Origin: Octopus bimaculoides
Taxonomy: Eukaryota
Direction: 5' to 3'
NCBI RefSeq assembly: GCF_001194135.2
Contig: NC_068985.1
Span: 81,200,233 to 81,264,232 of the forward strand
Length of the DNA stretch: 64,000 bases
Shown here: positions 25,486-37,264 of the stretch, piece by piece
Position numbering within the stretch: the first letter of the stretch is position 1
Layout: the number at the start of each line of letters is the position of its first letter
Translations under genes and position numbers: made by a program
The notes under the pieces: generated by a model
Seen by the model: the letters and a program-made list of their open reading frames with translations, nothing else
The model's database searches: none
Told to the model about the DNA's origin: nothing

Positions 25486-26758
25486 ATGATATCACAGAAG
25501 TATCAATTATTTTACAGCAAGTCACATGTTGCCAGTTATTAATTGACTTATGGTATGTATAATGATATACTGTAATATATCAGAAATGTTGCTATAAAGC
25601 ATACAGCAGGTATTTTTCTAAATTTGTAAATTATATTTAGCTTCATAGAATGTTATGGTTATGCTTTTATACTTTCATATGAGGCTCATGCTAATGTCGG
25701 AAGGGTAGAATTAAGGTTCAAATTGCATCAAATACATAGTCATATATAGTAACTCTTGTGGAAATTACAAAATGATAAAATTAATCTCACAGAGATTATA
25801 GATTTTAAATTACTTTTATTATATTTGAAACTATTGATCAGTGAAATGTTAAAAGTGTCATATACTAAACTTTATAGTGGTATACTTTGCAAGATGCCCT
25901 GCTGTATAACATCAAGATGTGTGCATAGAGTTATGCTTGCATGCAACCTTCTGCAGTCACTTAACACTTAGAAAAGTGTTTTAAGTTTTCAAAATATTCT
26001 AAAATAGCAAGTGATTATTACAGTGTAGTTTTTGTCATTATTCTTTCAGTTGAGTTTTATTTAAGCTGCACAATCATTAGAACAATGTTCTGTTTTCTAT
26101 AAATCCCATTTGAAAGAACAAGTTGTAAAATTCTAATCCACACACATATGTTGTTTTCACAAATTGACAACTCCTGTCCATTTCAATCTAAAGAATTTTT
26201 GCTTTCTTTTGTTTTTGATGTTATTGAATGTACTTTTAATTTACAAAAATAAAGTTTTTCAATTTCTTTGTAAGAACAATTTATCAAAATGGCTTTATTA
26301 AAATTCCAGATTTCTTTTGTCCATTGAACATAATAAATAATACAGTTGCATTTGAATTTTATTCATTTTTGAATTTTTTTAATGATAATGTTGAACTGAA
26401 GATGTTCCCATAATTCTCTTTGTCTTTCCATGTTTTGCTCTTCTTTTGAGCTTTTAGTGGTTATTCATTCTCTTAAACTGACTTACCTGTTATGTGTGGT
26501 TTTTGTCTTATTTTGTGTGTTCTACTTCAAAAAATATATATGTATACACACACACACAAATATATATGTATACACACACCTATATATGCATACATGCATA
26601 TATACAGATATTTCTATATATATATATGTGAATATATTGTATATATGTATGTGTGTATGTGTATACTTCTCCTAAAGTTTCTATTGCCATTCTCTCAAAT
26701 GCTAAGTTAATTCCCGAGGCAATGGTGGTAGCTGTCACAACACTCTCTGTTATTTCAG

Positions 26759-26874
26759 ATTGCTTGTACTTCAACAACAAATGGTTGGTGGGGAAAATGT
26801 CAACAACAAAGAAGTAAAAGAGAGAAGGAAGAAAAAAATGAAATTCGCTGAAGAGAGAAAGAGAAAACTTGCGG
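26759..26874 (+). CDS. KIF17: Internal exon of a KIF17/OSM-3-like kinesin-2 (stalk coiled coil)
   Basis: Acceptor ctctctgttatttcag, donor GCGG|gtaatt. 116 nt = 1+38x3+1, encoding LLVLQQQMVGGENVNNKEVKERRKKKMKFAEERKRKLA. Matches the recalled human KIF17 segment LQLLEQQVVGGEQAKNKDLKEKHKRRKRYADERRKQLV. Confidence 0.88.
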
Positions 26875-27726
26875 GTAATTTGAAGTATTTTCCTGCATCC
26901 TTGTGATTTTTAAAGTTCTATTATAAACATTTCTACTACCACTGTATCTCTACATGTGCTCTTTTCTTTATTAAATATTTGTTTTTGCTTTCCAGTGTGT
27001 AAGATTTTTCTTGTAATAATCTAGAGCTTTAATCTCTTGCAAAACGTTATAATAGTATGAACTAGAAAATTATGAATTTTAATAAGATTGAGACAAGCTT
27101 TTGTCTAAAAATAATTTATCTATTATTTTATATGCAATGTGAAAAACTGCTAAGTATTTTCTTCATATATTTGCATTTGAGGCAGCATGATTTATACATC
27201 AAACTGTATTTATTGAAGCTACATACAACCTAATAAATAATAATGAAATTTTGAAAATAATTAGTTTTATTGTAGGGCTGTTTGTTGCACTTCATTACTT
27301 TTAAACTAGCTGAATTTAAATATTAGAATCTACTGGAATTTTAAATTTTTTACATTCATTAGAATTATTTAAAGTCTTTAGAAATGCAAGTTGAAATCTT
27401 CATGATGATCCAACAGGATTTTGGAATGGGAAAATGAATTAATTTCTTAATGGGTACCAAGATTATTTTTGTTTAAATATCTTTCCTTCTAAATATTTTT
27501 AGTAAAGAAATATTTGGCTTCATAAAATGTTTAACAGATTCCAGTTTGTATCATGCTGATGATTTCTAAAAAGGTTGAAATAGTACTGTACATGATTACC
27601 ACTGACTAGAAATTTTAGGAACTTTAAGTTGACAAAAAAAAACATTTATGTGAATTGTGTGCATCTTTTTCTTTATAATTTCTTGAATAAAATTTCTAAT
27701 TCTACTAAATATTAGAAAGAAATTGT

Positions 27727-28022
27727 GAAGGTACATGGCTTAGTGGTAAAGGGTATTTGGCTCGCAATCATAAGGTTGTGAGTTTGATTCCTGGCAGTAC
27801 ATTGTGTCCTTGAGCAAGACACTTTATTTCATTGCTCTAGTCCACTCAGCTAGTAAAAATGATTAGTGCTTGACATTTTGTGTCATATTGAATCTTCTTG
27901 AGAACTATGTTGATGGTACACATGTCTGTGAAGTGCTCAGCCATTTGCCCGTTAATTTCATGAGCAGGTTGTTCTGTTGACTGGATCAACTGGAAACCTC
28001 ATCATCATAACCAACAGTGTCA
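27727..28022 (+). mobile_element. tRNA-headed SINE (family A variant)
   Basis: tggcttagtggt..gagtttgattcc..gtgtccttgagcaagacact..gagaactatgtt..gtctgtgaagtgctcagcca; same subfamily as 42895. Confidence 0.85.
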
Positions 28023-29519
28023 GTTTTGGAGAAGAAGATTATTATCTCCCTTGTAATGGATGTTCATTAGGGAAAGACAAGTATTTAGAGAATGGTTAAG
28101 TCTAAATAATATTTCTACTCCCTGGGCATGTGTAATAAACAGAACCAACTGCTTGTCTTTTCCTGACTGAAGGTACCACTAATTGATAAACCGCTTTGTG
28201 ACTTTATGTTGGGTAATGGAAAGTGAGAATTAGCATAAAAAGTTATGATGGGAAATTTAAATTGTTTTGTATACATAGTTTGTTGAGAGCTTACAATTTA
28301 CACTGTGGGGCTTCCATAAAATTTGAGTGGTATCATTTAAAACCTACAACTCACAAGCAGCTAGTTGAGTGCTTTGGCAAAATCCACAATTCTAATAGCA
28401 TAATTATTTTGAGATTCAGTTTAGTAAAGTGCAACATCAGATGTCATTGTACAGTATGAAAGTATATTGAGGAGGTTAGGTGATCATGTAAACATTTTGT
28501 TATTTTGTTAATGCTTGTGGTGATGGACAAGGAGAATTCTGTTGAAATACACATACTTTCTCTAAAGTTTCTGTTTTAATATGCCAAATAGGTTATATGT
28601 GCATTTTATGGAAGAATAAGAAGTATCATTAAAATAGAAATCTTAAATTAAATACATTACTTCTGACTAGCTTTCATTAATATGAAAATCATAAATAGAT
28701 GAAGAATAAAGGAATCTAAGCAATAGGCAATCAGACCAAATAAGAAATGTCAATATGAAAAAAAGTGCCTGTTATAGAACCTGGACTGTTTAAAGGAAAT
28801 TTTATTAATGAATCTTCGAGATTCTCAAATATATTTCACTGAAAATTTCCTCTTTATTTATTGGCTGACCTTTACATTTTCTTATGAAACTGGAGAAGTG
28901 ACTAAAAGACATACTAATTGGTCCAATAATCATGAAGGTATTACTGAGACATGGTAAATGAATAAATGTCAATTCCTTAACCGATTTGAGATGTGGATTA
29001 AGCTAATTTGAATAACATCAAAGAATTGTGTAGCAATCTAGTCTTTTTATTCAAAATTGGTTTGAATTGATAAAATTTCATTAGAGACTGTTATTAGTTT
29101 ATAATTAATCATTTCTAACAGATTTCATGATTATTTCGAAAATTAATTTCAGCATTATTTTATATAAAACATTAACATTCATTCATATAAAATGATCAAC
29201 TATGGATTTAGAGCTAGCTAAGATGATGTGAAGTCAATGAAATTACATGATAATCCGTAATATTGAATTGCAATAACTTCCTTTAACACTAAGGTGAAGC
29301 AGTAATACTAAGCAGTTTAACTGATGCCTGTAGCATCTTAGATAAAACAGTAGATTGTTATTGCTTAACTCACTACATTTTACTGATGAGTACCTGAAAA
29401 CCTTTAACATTATAACCTTACAAAATGTAAAATTTGTTAAAATACAAAATACATAAAGGTTTATGATTTACTAGTTCAGATAATTATATCATGTTGACAA
29501 GTGACAGAATGCAAGCACC

Positions 29520-30015
29520 ACAAGTGATATAAGACAAGTGGCAGTGATGTAAGAATCATGTTGTAAGGATATCTTAATAAAAAGTATAAATGAATTAAAT
29601 TAAATGGCTTGAAAGGGAATTGGAGAGAATAAGGGATTACAAAATCAAATTATCAACAATTAGGGCCTTAAAGAAAAAACTACTTACACAAATAAAGTTA
29701 ACTGGTATTAGAACTCACAACATAAATGGTTACAGAAAACGGTTTGCACATGGATTGCCAAATTTATAATAAAGAAATATATAGTTCTTGAGAGCTCACA
29801 GCTCTAGTACTATTGATATGTGATGAAAATGTTGAGGGAAAGAATTACAATACAGATTCTTCAAAACAAGCCTACCTGGAGGAGACCTATGAGCAGAACA
29901 AAAATGAGATGGTTGAATAATATCCATAGTCTCAGATGGTCATGTTTGAGAATCCATCCAGAAAGCGTAATGATGGTTGCTTCTGAAGGATCTTATGGAG
30001 GAGGTACCTGAGACT
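29520..30015 (+). mobile_element. Decayed RTE LINE 3' end
   Basis: KPTWRRPMSRTKMRWLNNIHSLRWSCLRIHP..VAS..WRRYLRL resembles the RTE C-terminus GRPRTRW.D.I..L.W..LGI.P. Confidence 0.6.
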
Positions 30016-30312
30016 CCATCCTACAACCATTCCAGTAATAGTGAGTGGAGAAGATGGATAAATAGGTATATGGATATATAGTCTTTCCATAATTAAATCT
30101 GAAAGCCAAAGTGAATGTTATGTCATCGTAAGAAGCTTGTGGACACTAAATCTATAAGGTCAAAAGGCTATTGTTTTTAGTAGAAAAGTTGATCTTGGAT
30201 AAAAACTGTAAAATATACTTAAACATGTATATGTAAAAATGGTTTCCATGTATTGTATGTGCTTAGTAAAATGATAATAGGAATTAAATGCAAAAAGTTA
30301 TTATTGACAAAC

Positions 30313-30555
30313 ATCATCATCATCATCCAGTGTTTTAAATCCAGGTTTTGTCCCTGTTAATGGGTGTGGCTGGATCTACCTCAATGCTGTAGCAACTGCC
30401 CTCACACCCTCTTGACATCTTGCCCAATTTAAGGGTTGGTTTGCTCTTCTCAAACCAACCCTACCAATCTCCTCCTCCACCTGTCCCCTTCATCTCTTCT
30501 TTGGTCTACCTCGCTTTCTTGGTCCATTTACCTCAAACTCAAGCACCCTCCTCAG
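30313..30555 (-). mobile_element. RTE LINE 3' end with (ATG)n tail
   Basis: Reverse strand RGRPKKR*RGQVEEEIGRVGL..WARCQEGVRAVA, followed by the tail. Confidence 0.65.
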
Positions 30556-31121
30556 AACATATAGTAAATAATAAATAATTATAGTAAGGAAAGGTGTACA
30601 AAATAAAATCTTTAGTTTATCATATTATATCCTTAGTACTATCTAAACATGATTTTATGTTCCATTATCCAGTTATGACCAACACTTTTTGACACAATTG
30701 CCAATATAATCAAATTAAAATAAAGTTGAAATTAAAAACAGATATTAAAACTAAATCAAAAAGGTCATCCTTTGTCATCACATTCAACAACTTTATTTTA
30801 TTATTAATTGGAGTATTACTTTTTCTTCACTCCTAACCTTATGATTATTTTGTATTATGTAATGGCTAAATGTCCGAGGAAATTTTTGGTTACACTGAAT
30901 AACAATTTCATTTGCTTAATGATAAATTGCAGTCAGCTATTAAGATCTCAAGTGCTTTTTGTATACATAGAAGACAATCCTTCCTGTCCTCTTTGCATAT
31001 TAACAGAATTTAAGATAGACCGTACCAGGTTATAATCTATTCCTTTAGATTTTAGACTGAATATATTCAACCATAGAGATTGAGTTCTTAAGTTTTACAT
31101 TAGAGAAGGAATAATAGTATA

Positions 31122-32031
31122 TCTATATACATAGAACAGAGTTTGTGTGTGTGTGTCTGTGTGTGGTGCGTATGTTCCTTATGGATTCAAAAACTGAGTT
31201 ACTGATTTTGACGTATGAGGTATCAAAAAATTCAGTAATCTTTTGGCTACCAAATGAAATATGGCTTTTGTGCAACAACTCTTTTATACCTCAAAAAAAC
31301 CTCAAAAACAAGGTCGGGTTGCACAATTTTGAGGTCATTTTCGGGCAATATTTGGATTTGCTTCTAATCTACGTTGCCAATTTTAATATTTGTAGTGTCA
31401 AAAGATGCAGCATTGTACAAAGAGTAAAAACCCTGTTTGTCAATGGAAAATGACTAAGGAATGCCCAAGGTGCGTTCTCAGGTTTAAATTCAATAAAATT
31501 TCCCCAAGGATTAAGCATAGTAAGAGCCTCTATTCATTCAAGTGTGTTAAAGAAGTGAAGCAATGATTAAAACCTTTTGAGTTCTTTTTTTTTTTTGCTT
31601 TTAACATTTTTCTCTTTATTCAACCCAATATATACAAAGTTGCTCATTGTTGTTAGTATATATTCATGCCTATTATCTATTCCATAAGACACAAAATTCG
31701 TAAGGATTTTGCTACAATCTCCCTATTTTTCACAGTGGTTGAGCATGTATTATAACATAGGTGGTGTGATGGAGAAGACAATAACAACATCGTGCATCTA
31801 TGCAAGGGCAAATTGAGGTCATATACACACGAGTCCACCCACAATACGTGTCTCTTCATTGGTTGGGATGCACACTGTGTTCACTGATTGGTACAATTTG
31901 AAATCAATTTTTCCTTATCAGAGACACGTACCGCAATATCAGTTGATTGTGGTGTTATTGTTACCAATGACCCGGGCAATGCTGGAGTGCATTGTGTGTG
32001 GTGCATACTTTCCACTTGACTAAAAAATTGA

Positions 32032-32078
<47 letters not shown>

Positions 32079-32132
32079 ATACAATGTGGCTGAAGGTCAT
32101 AACACTTGGGTAATGCTGGGGTGCATTGCTAG
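31122..32132 (+). mobile_element. Non-autonomous Helitron
   Basis: A|TCTATATA.. 5' end followed by (GT)n and actg..tgattttgac; 3' hairpin remnant then CTAG|T at 32129-32133; no TSD. Confidence 0.7.
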
Positions 32133-32615
32133 TAAAATATAATTTTCATAAAAAATTGCTATATACTCTATGTAATATTTAATTATAGTTGATTTCTTAC
32201 AGTGCATTTATAAACTACAGGCATACACTGATCATTTCCTTTTAACAGACATCTATCTTTTATTCTACAGTTACATCACAACTATTGGGAACTGATTAGG
32301 ATGTAACAAATCAGTATTGTTGTTTAGGGATCTGAATATGTTTCCAAATATAAACAGAAGATTGTACCAAAATGTCTTTTCACAATTATCAATAACTTGA
32401 TTTTGAACTTGGAATGACTTTGAAACTCTTTCCTTAATTTTTAGAATTATAATCTCATTTGATAAGAATATAAGGAATGCCACAAATGCTGAGGTGCTGT
32501 ATTGAAAAGGACCTGTTCAATTCAGTTCATATTAGCATGGAAATGTGGACTTAAAAATGATGATGATGATGTGTGTGTGTGCATATGTGTATGTGTGTGT
32601 ACATAGGAGTGCATA

Positions 32616-32659
<44 letters not shown>

Positions 32660-32881
32660 GTGTGTGTATGTATATATGTATGTATTCATGTATTGTCAGC
32701 CTCACCATCATCAACTATTTCTATTTATTGATACCCATATGCCTTATTTTCTTTATTTTACTCATATTCAACCAATTCCAGGCCTAGTCGCATAAAATAT
32801 TCCTTGTATTACCTTTATCTTAAGTTATTTATGCTCTACTGAGTTTTGTCTATCTGCAAATATATATTTGAAATTGCCAAG

Positions 32882-32882
<1 letters not shown>

Positions 32883-32913
<31 letters not shown>

Positions 32914-33330
32914 NNNNNNNNNNNNNNNNNNNNNNNNNNNNNNNNNNNNNNNNNNNNNNNNNNNNNNNNNNNNNNNNNNNNNNNNNNNNNNNNNNNNNNN
33001 NNNNNNNNNNNNNNNNNNNNNNNNNNNNNNNNNNNNNNNNNNNNNNNNNNNNNNNNNNNNNNNNNNNNNNNNNNNNNNNNNNNNNNNNNNNNNNNNNNNN
33101 NNNNNNNNNNNNNNNNNNNNNNNNNNNNNNNNNNNNNNNNNNNNNNNNNNNNNNNNNNNNNNNNNNNNNNNNNNNNNNNNNNNNNNNNNNNNNNNNNNNN
33201 NNNNNNNNNNNNNNNNNNNNNNNNNNNNNNNNNNNNNNNNNNNNNNNNNNNNNNNNNNNNNNNNNNNNNNNNNNNNNNNNNNNNNNNNNNNNNNNNNNNN
33301 NNNNNNNNNNNNNNNNNNNNNNNNNNNNNN

Positions 33331-33378
<48 letters not shown>
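32883..33378. repeat. (TA)n microsatellite interrupted by an assembly gap (N 32914-33330)
   Basis: Direct reading. Confidence 0.95.
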
Positions 33379-33389
<11 letters not shown>

Positions 33390-33452
33390 GTTATATATGT
33401 GTATATATGTATGCTAAATATATATAAATGTAGTCAATGAAATCTATTTCAG

Positions 33453-33559
33453 AGGCTGTAGCAAACATGGATGATGATTATATCATGATTGACATATATG
33501 AAAACATTCATGATGAACTGAGGGCTGTAACCAAAAAACTTGGAAAGGCACAAAAGAAG
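33453..33559 (+). CDS. KIF17: Next internal exon of the KIF17/OSM-3-like kinesin-2
   Basis: Acceptor tctatttcag, donor AAGAAG|gtattt. 107 nt = 2+35x3; phase joins the previous exon (G|AG=Glu). Encodes EAVANMDDDYIMIDIYENIHDELRAVTKKLGKAQKK, colinear with KIF17 AALQNSDED..VLLNVYDSIQEEVRAKSKLLEKMQRK. Confidence 0.88.
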
Positions 33560-36500
33560 GTATTTATGATGCTTCCTTAGTTAATTAGGAAACTATTTCA
33601 TTTGGGAAGACAAATGTTATTAACCAGAAGGGTAACCTGCAAATAGAAAATTTATCGTGGCAATGGCTGTAGTTGTTGAGATGGTACTGGTTGTGATAGC
33701 GCTAGTGGTTGTGGTTGTGATGGTGATATAATTGGTGATAAAAGTAATCACCATATGATCAACATCTGTCTCTTTCTTATTCATATATTACTGAATTTAG
33801 CCACAAATTTATATTAAGAAAATTCCAAAAGCTAAATACTCTTAAGCTAATTATGTAATTAATCACTTCTCATTATAATTATATGATTATATAATCTTTA
33901 TTTTGCTATCTTTTAATTAGCATTTCACATGATTTTCATTTCATTCACATTTATTAGTTAGTATGATGAGAGATGCTAGTGCCCAAAACTATTCAGGATG
34001 TTTTATTCGATTAAGGCAGTTAATGTTCAGTTTGAATTGTCACATATAAATAGACAAAGAAGAAAAAGAGTGTGACTAAAGTGGTCTTCATACATACTGT
34101 CGTGGGGAAGAATTATCGTGGAAATCTTTTAGAATGTGATCTGGGAGATGTTACCTTATTTGGAGAGAAGACAGGATGCAGAGGGACTGGTATGGGACTG
34201 CCAGTGATTGAGAGCACTGTTGGACCCAGTTGGCTCTACACAAGATAACGTCTCTGGGACCACTACCTGGAATGACCCCAGCCTCATCAAGCAAGAGAAT
34301 GAATGAAGCAAGCAAGCAAGCAAGCAAGAAGACAGAGTCACATGTAGAATTAGAATGAAGTGACATTGAATAAGTAATGACCATTAGTGTTGTTGTGTAA
34401 GAGACTGGGCAAAGATAAAATTTGCTGGTGGATCACATAATGAGAAGGCATCAGGAAAAGACCTTACAATTGGCTACTGGTAAAAGACATGAATTTTTTA
34501 TAGAAAACCATTTGTTCAAACGTTTTAAAAAACTATCGTAAACCAGAGAGAGCCATGAAGCTACCTTGCCATATTGTAAATGAAACTTGTGGCTAAGGGT
34601 GCATACACTGTCTCTACAGAGGACTATAGGCCTTTAGGAGCTAAAATCTCTTTTAAATTACTGCCAGGTGTCTTATTAATGTATACATGCACTTAACATC
34701 AGAAATATACTTATATTTATTCCAGGTTGTCTTTCCTGCGGGTGGCATTGTATATTGTTTTAGTAACATCATATCACATTAGAACATAGTACCTTGATGA
34801 CATTTTGGGGAATATGTTCATCATATCTATAATATCTTCTACAAAAAATGCTACTTAAGCACAGGTTTTGGTTGCTTCATGAATGTTTAAGTGCTTTACT
34901 GTCTTTTTTGTTTAGCATGTATTTTGTAGCTACCTTCTGCTTTTAGAATGCCACAACATAACTTTCAAATTGTAACACAATGTATCAATCACATCTTCAA
35001 GAGAGGCTACACTACCTGTTGATATTAGCATCATACTCAAGTTTATGCGAAATATAGCCATGCTTAAACTTTTATTAGTTTTTGTTGTGGCTCACTACTT
35101 GTTCAGCTGGTCTGGTGTTGCATGGAACTCTTGATCTGTAAAATGTTGTTCCCTTCACTTTTGAGCACTTGGTTGATATACTTGTTTCTGCCACACTTAT
35201 TTTGCAGATTCTGTCTGAGTGACTTCTCAAAATACTTACATGATACCTAGACTGATATTAAGCTTCTTTCTTGCGATGTGGAGCCTGCTGATATCATTGT
35301 TTATAAGGATGCTTCTTGATGTCTCAATGCAAACCCAAATTCGTATAGCTGTATCACTGCCTCCGCTTGAAAGTTACAGTCCCTCATGTATATTGACTCA
35401 ACTCTATGCACCAAGTGATACAATGTACACAAATACAAGCATACACTCACACGCAGCATCATAGCCGGAAGTTATAATAAAAGACACCCAAGATATAATA
35501 TAGTGGGATGAAAGCTTGTTGTTCCTGATTGCAAAACAAACCTCTTAACCACTTGCCCATTCCTGTATCCTGTATCACACATTATTACGTGATTTATCTC
35601 TTTCTCTTTACTTGTTAATTCATTTTACAACCATTTTTCTATGTTGGCATGGGTTGGATGAAAACTCATTAACATTTCTTCTTAAGATAAGAGGTTCTTC
35701 CCATCATCAGGCCTTACCTGTTTTATGAGTAGGGTTTTGTTTTTAAATTCCACTAGTTTTTGGAAGCTCACAGTTACATAAGGAACAAAGATAGGACATA
35801 AGTTTTCTGGCTCAAACAGTGCTATTGTATTTATATATTTTCATTCAGCCATTGTTGACCCAGAGTTGCATGAAAGACTCAACATGCTTCTGCTATTTAT
35901 TGTTCATGATGATTGTAACCCTATCTACCTACACTGACCAATTGCAGGTTTGATGGGTTGCTCTGATGGTTCAGAGATTATCGTTGGCCTGTAAAAGCTT
36001 GGTAAAATTTGAACTCTAAACACAAAGAACCATAAGTACTGCAGTGTTTTTGTCCAATGTTCTATTTTATCAATCCACTGCCCTGGATTGGTAATTACTT
36101 ATCAACTCCAAAAGGATGAAATGCAATATTGACTTATATGTGTATGGGTAGCACATGTGTGTATATATGTGCATATATATATAGAGAATCTAGTTAAGTT
36201 ATTTACAGTTGTGGCCTTTGGATTATACATTTATTGTCCTTAATGAATTGAGCTTGGTCTTGTATTTTCTCAAGCTTCCTCATATATCAGATTTCGCAGA
36301 ATAGCGACCTTAAATATTTCAATTGCTATTCAGCCTGATAAATTTATGATAATCATAGACTTTCCATAGGTCCCCTTTTAGCCTCAAATCAGAAGTAGTC
36401 TGCATATAAGGTAAGTGCATATATATATTTAATATATGGATGTATATAAGTGCAGACATAGGTGTGAGGATAAGAATTTTGCTTCACAACAGTGTGATTT

Positions 36501-36793
36501 GGGGTGCTGTTTCACTACATGTTTTTATTGCACCAGTCCTGATACTTATTGAGCAGACCTCATATATATATATATAACATTTAACATATTCAGTATTTAA
36601 ATATGAGTTTTATGCCATGGAAACTCAATAATTTCTTAAAAACTAGGATTGCTTAGAGACACAAGGCATGGTATATAAATCTACTAAATTATTATGTTTT
36701 CCTGGCATGGATGTATATTAAATGATATAAATGATATTTATTTCTCACTGGATGGACTACATTTTTGTTGATCCTATCTATAACAGAACAGTA

Positions 36794-37222
36794 AGGAGTG
36801 GCTGTGTGGTAAGTAGCTTGCTTATGAATCACATGGTTCTGGGTTCAGTCCCACTGCGTGGCACCTTGGGCAAGTGTCTTCTACTATAGCCTCAGGCTGA
36901 CCAAAGCCTTGTGAGTGGATTTGGTGGACGGAAACTGAAAGAAGCCCATCCTCTATATGTATATATATATATATATNNNNNNNNNNNNNNNNNNNNNNNN
37001 NNNNNNNNNNNNNNGTGTATATGTTTGTGTATCTGTGTTTGTCCCCCCAATATCACTTGACAACCGATGCTGGTGTGTTTACGTCCCCGTAATTTAGCAG
37101 TTCCGCAAAAGAGACCTATAGAATAAGTACTAGGCTTACAAAGAATAAGTCCTGGGGTCAATTTGCTTGACTAAAGGCGGTGTTCCAGCATGGCCACAGT
37201 CAAATGACTAAAACGAGTAAAT
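36794..37222 (+). mobile_element. SINE family B, full length (gap N 36977-37014 in its internal TA repeat)
   Basis: Very similar to 12738-13170; intact caccttgggcaagtg. Confidence 0.92.
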
Positions 37223-37232
37223 GAGTAAATGA

Positions 37233-37264
<32 letters not shown>

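Noticed and set aside
28800-29000. Possible Tc1/mariner DDE remnant (..GEVTKRHTNWS..)
   Set aside because: Catalytic residues are not preserved and no TIRs were found.
36370-36416. Strong donor AAG|gtaagt with nearby acceptors
   Set aside because: The candidate micro-exons encode nothing KIF17-like; isolated splice motifs are expected by chance.
36613-36630. Partial RFX X-box-like sequence (GCCATGGAAAC), relevant to ciliary genes
   Set aside because: The left half-site mismatches and it lies deep in an intron.
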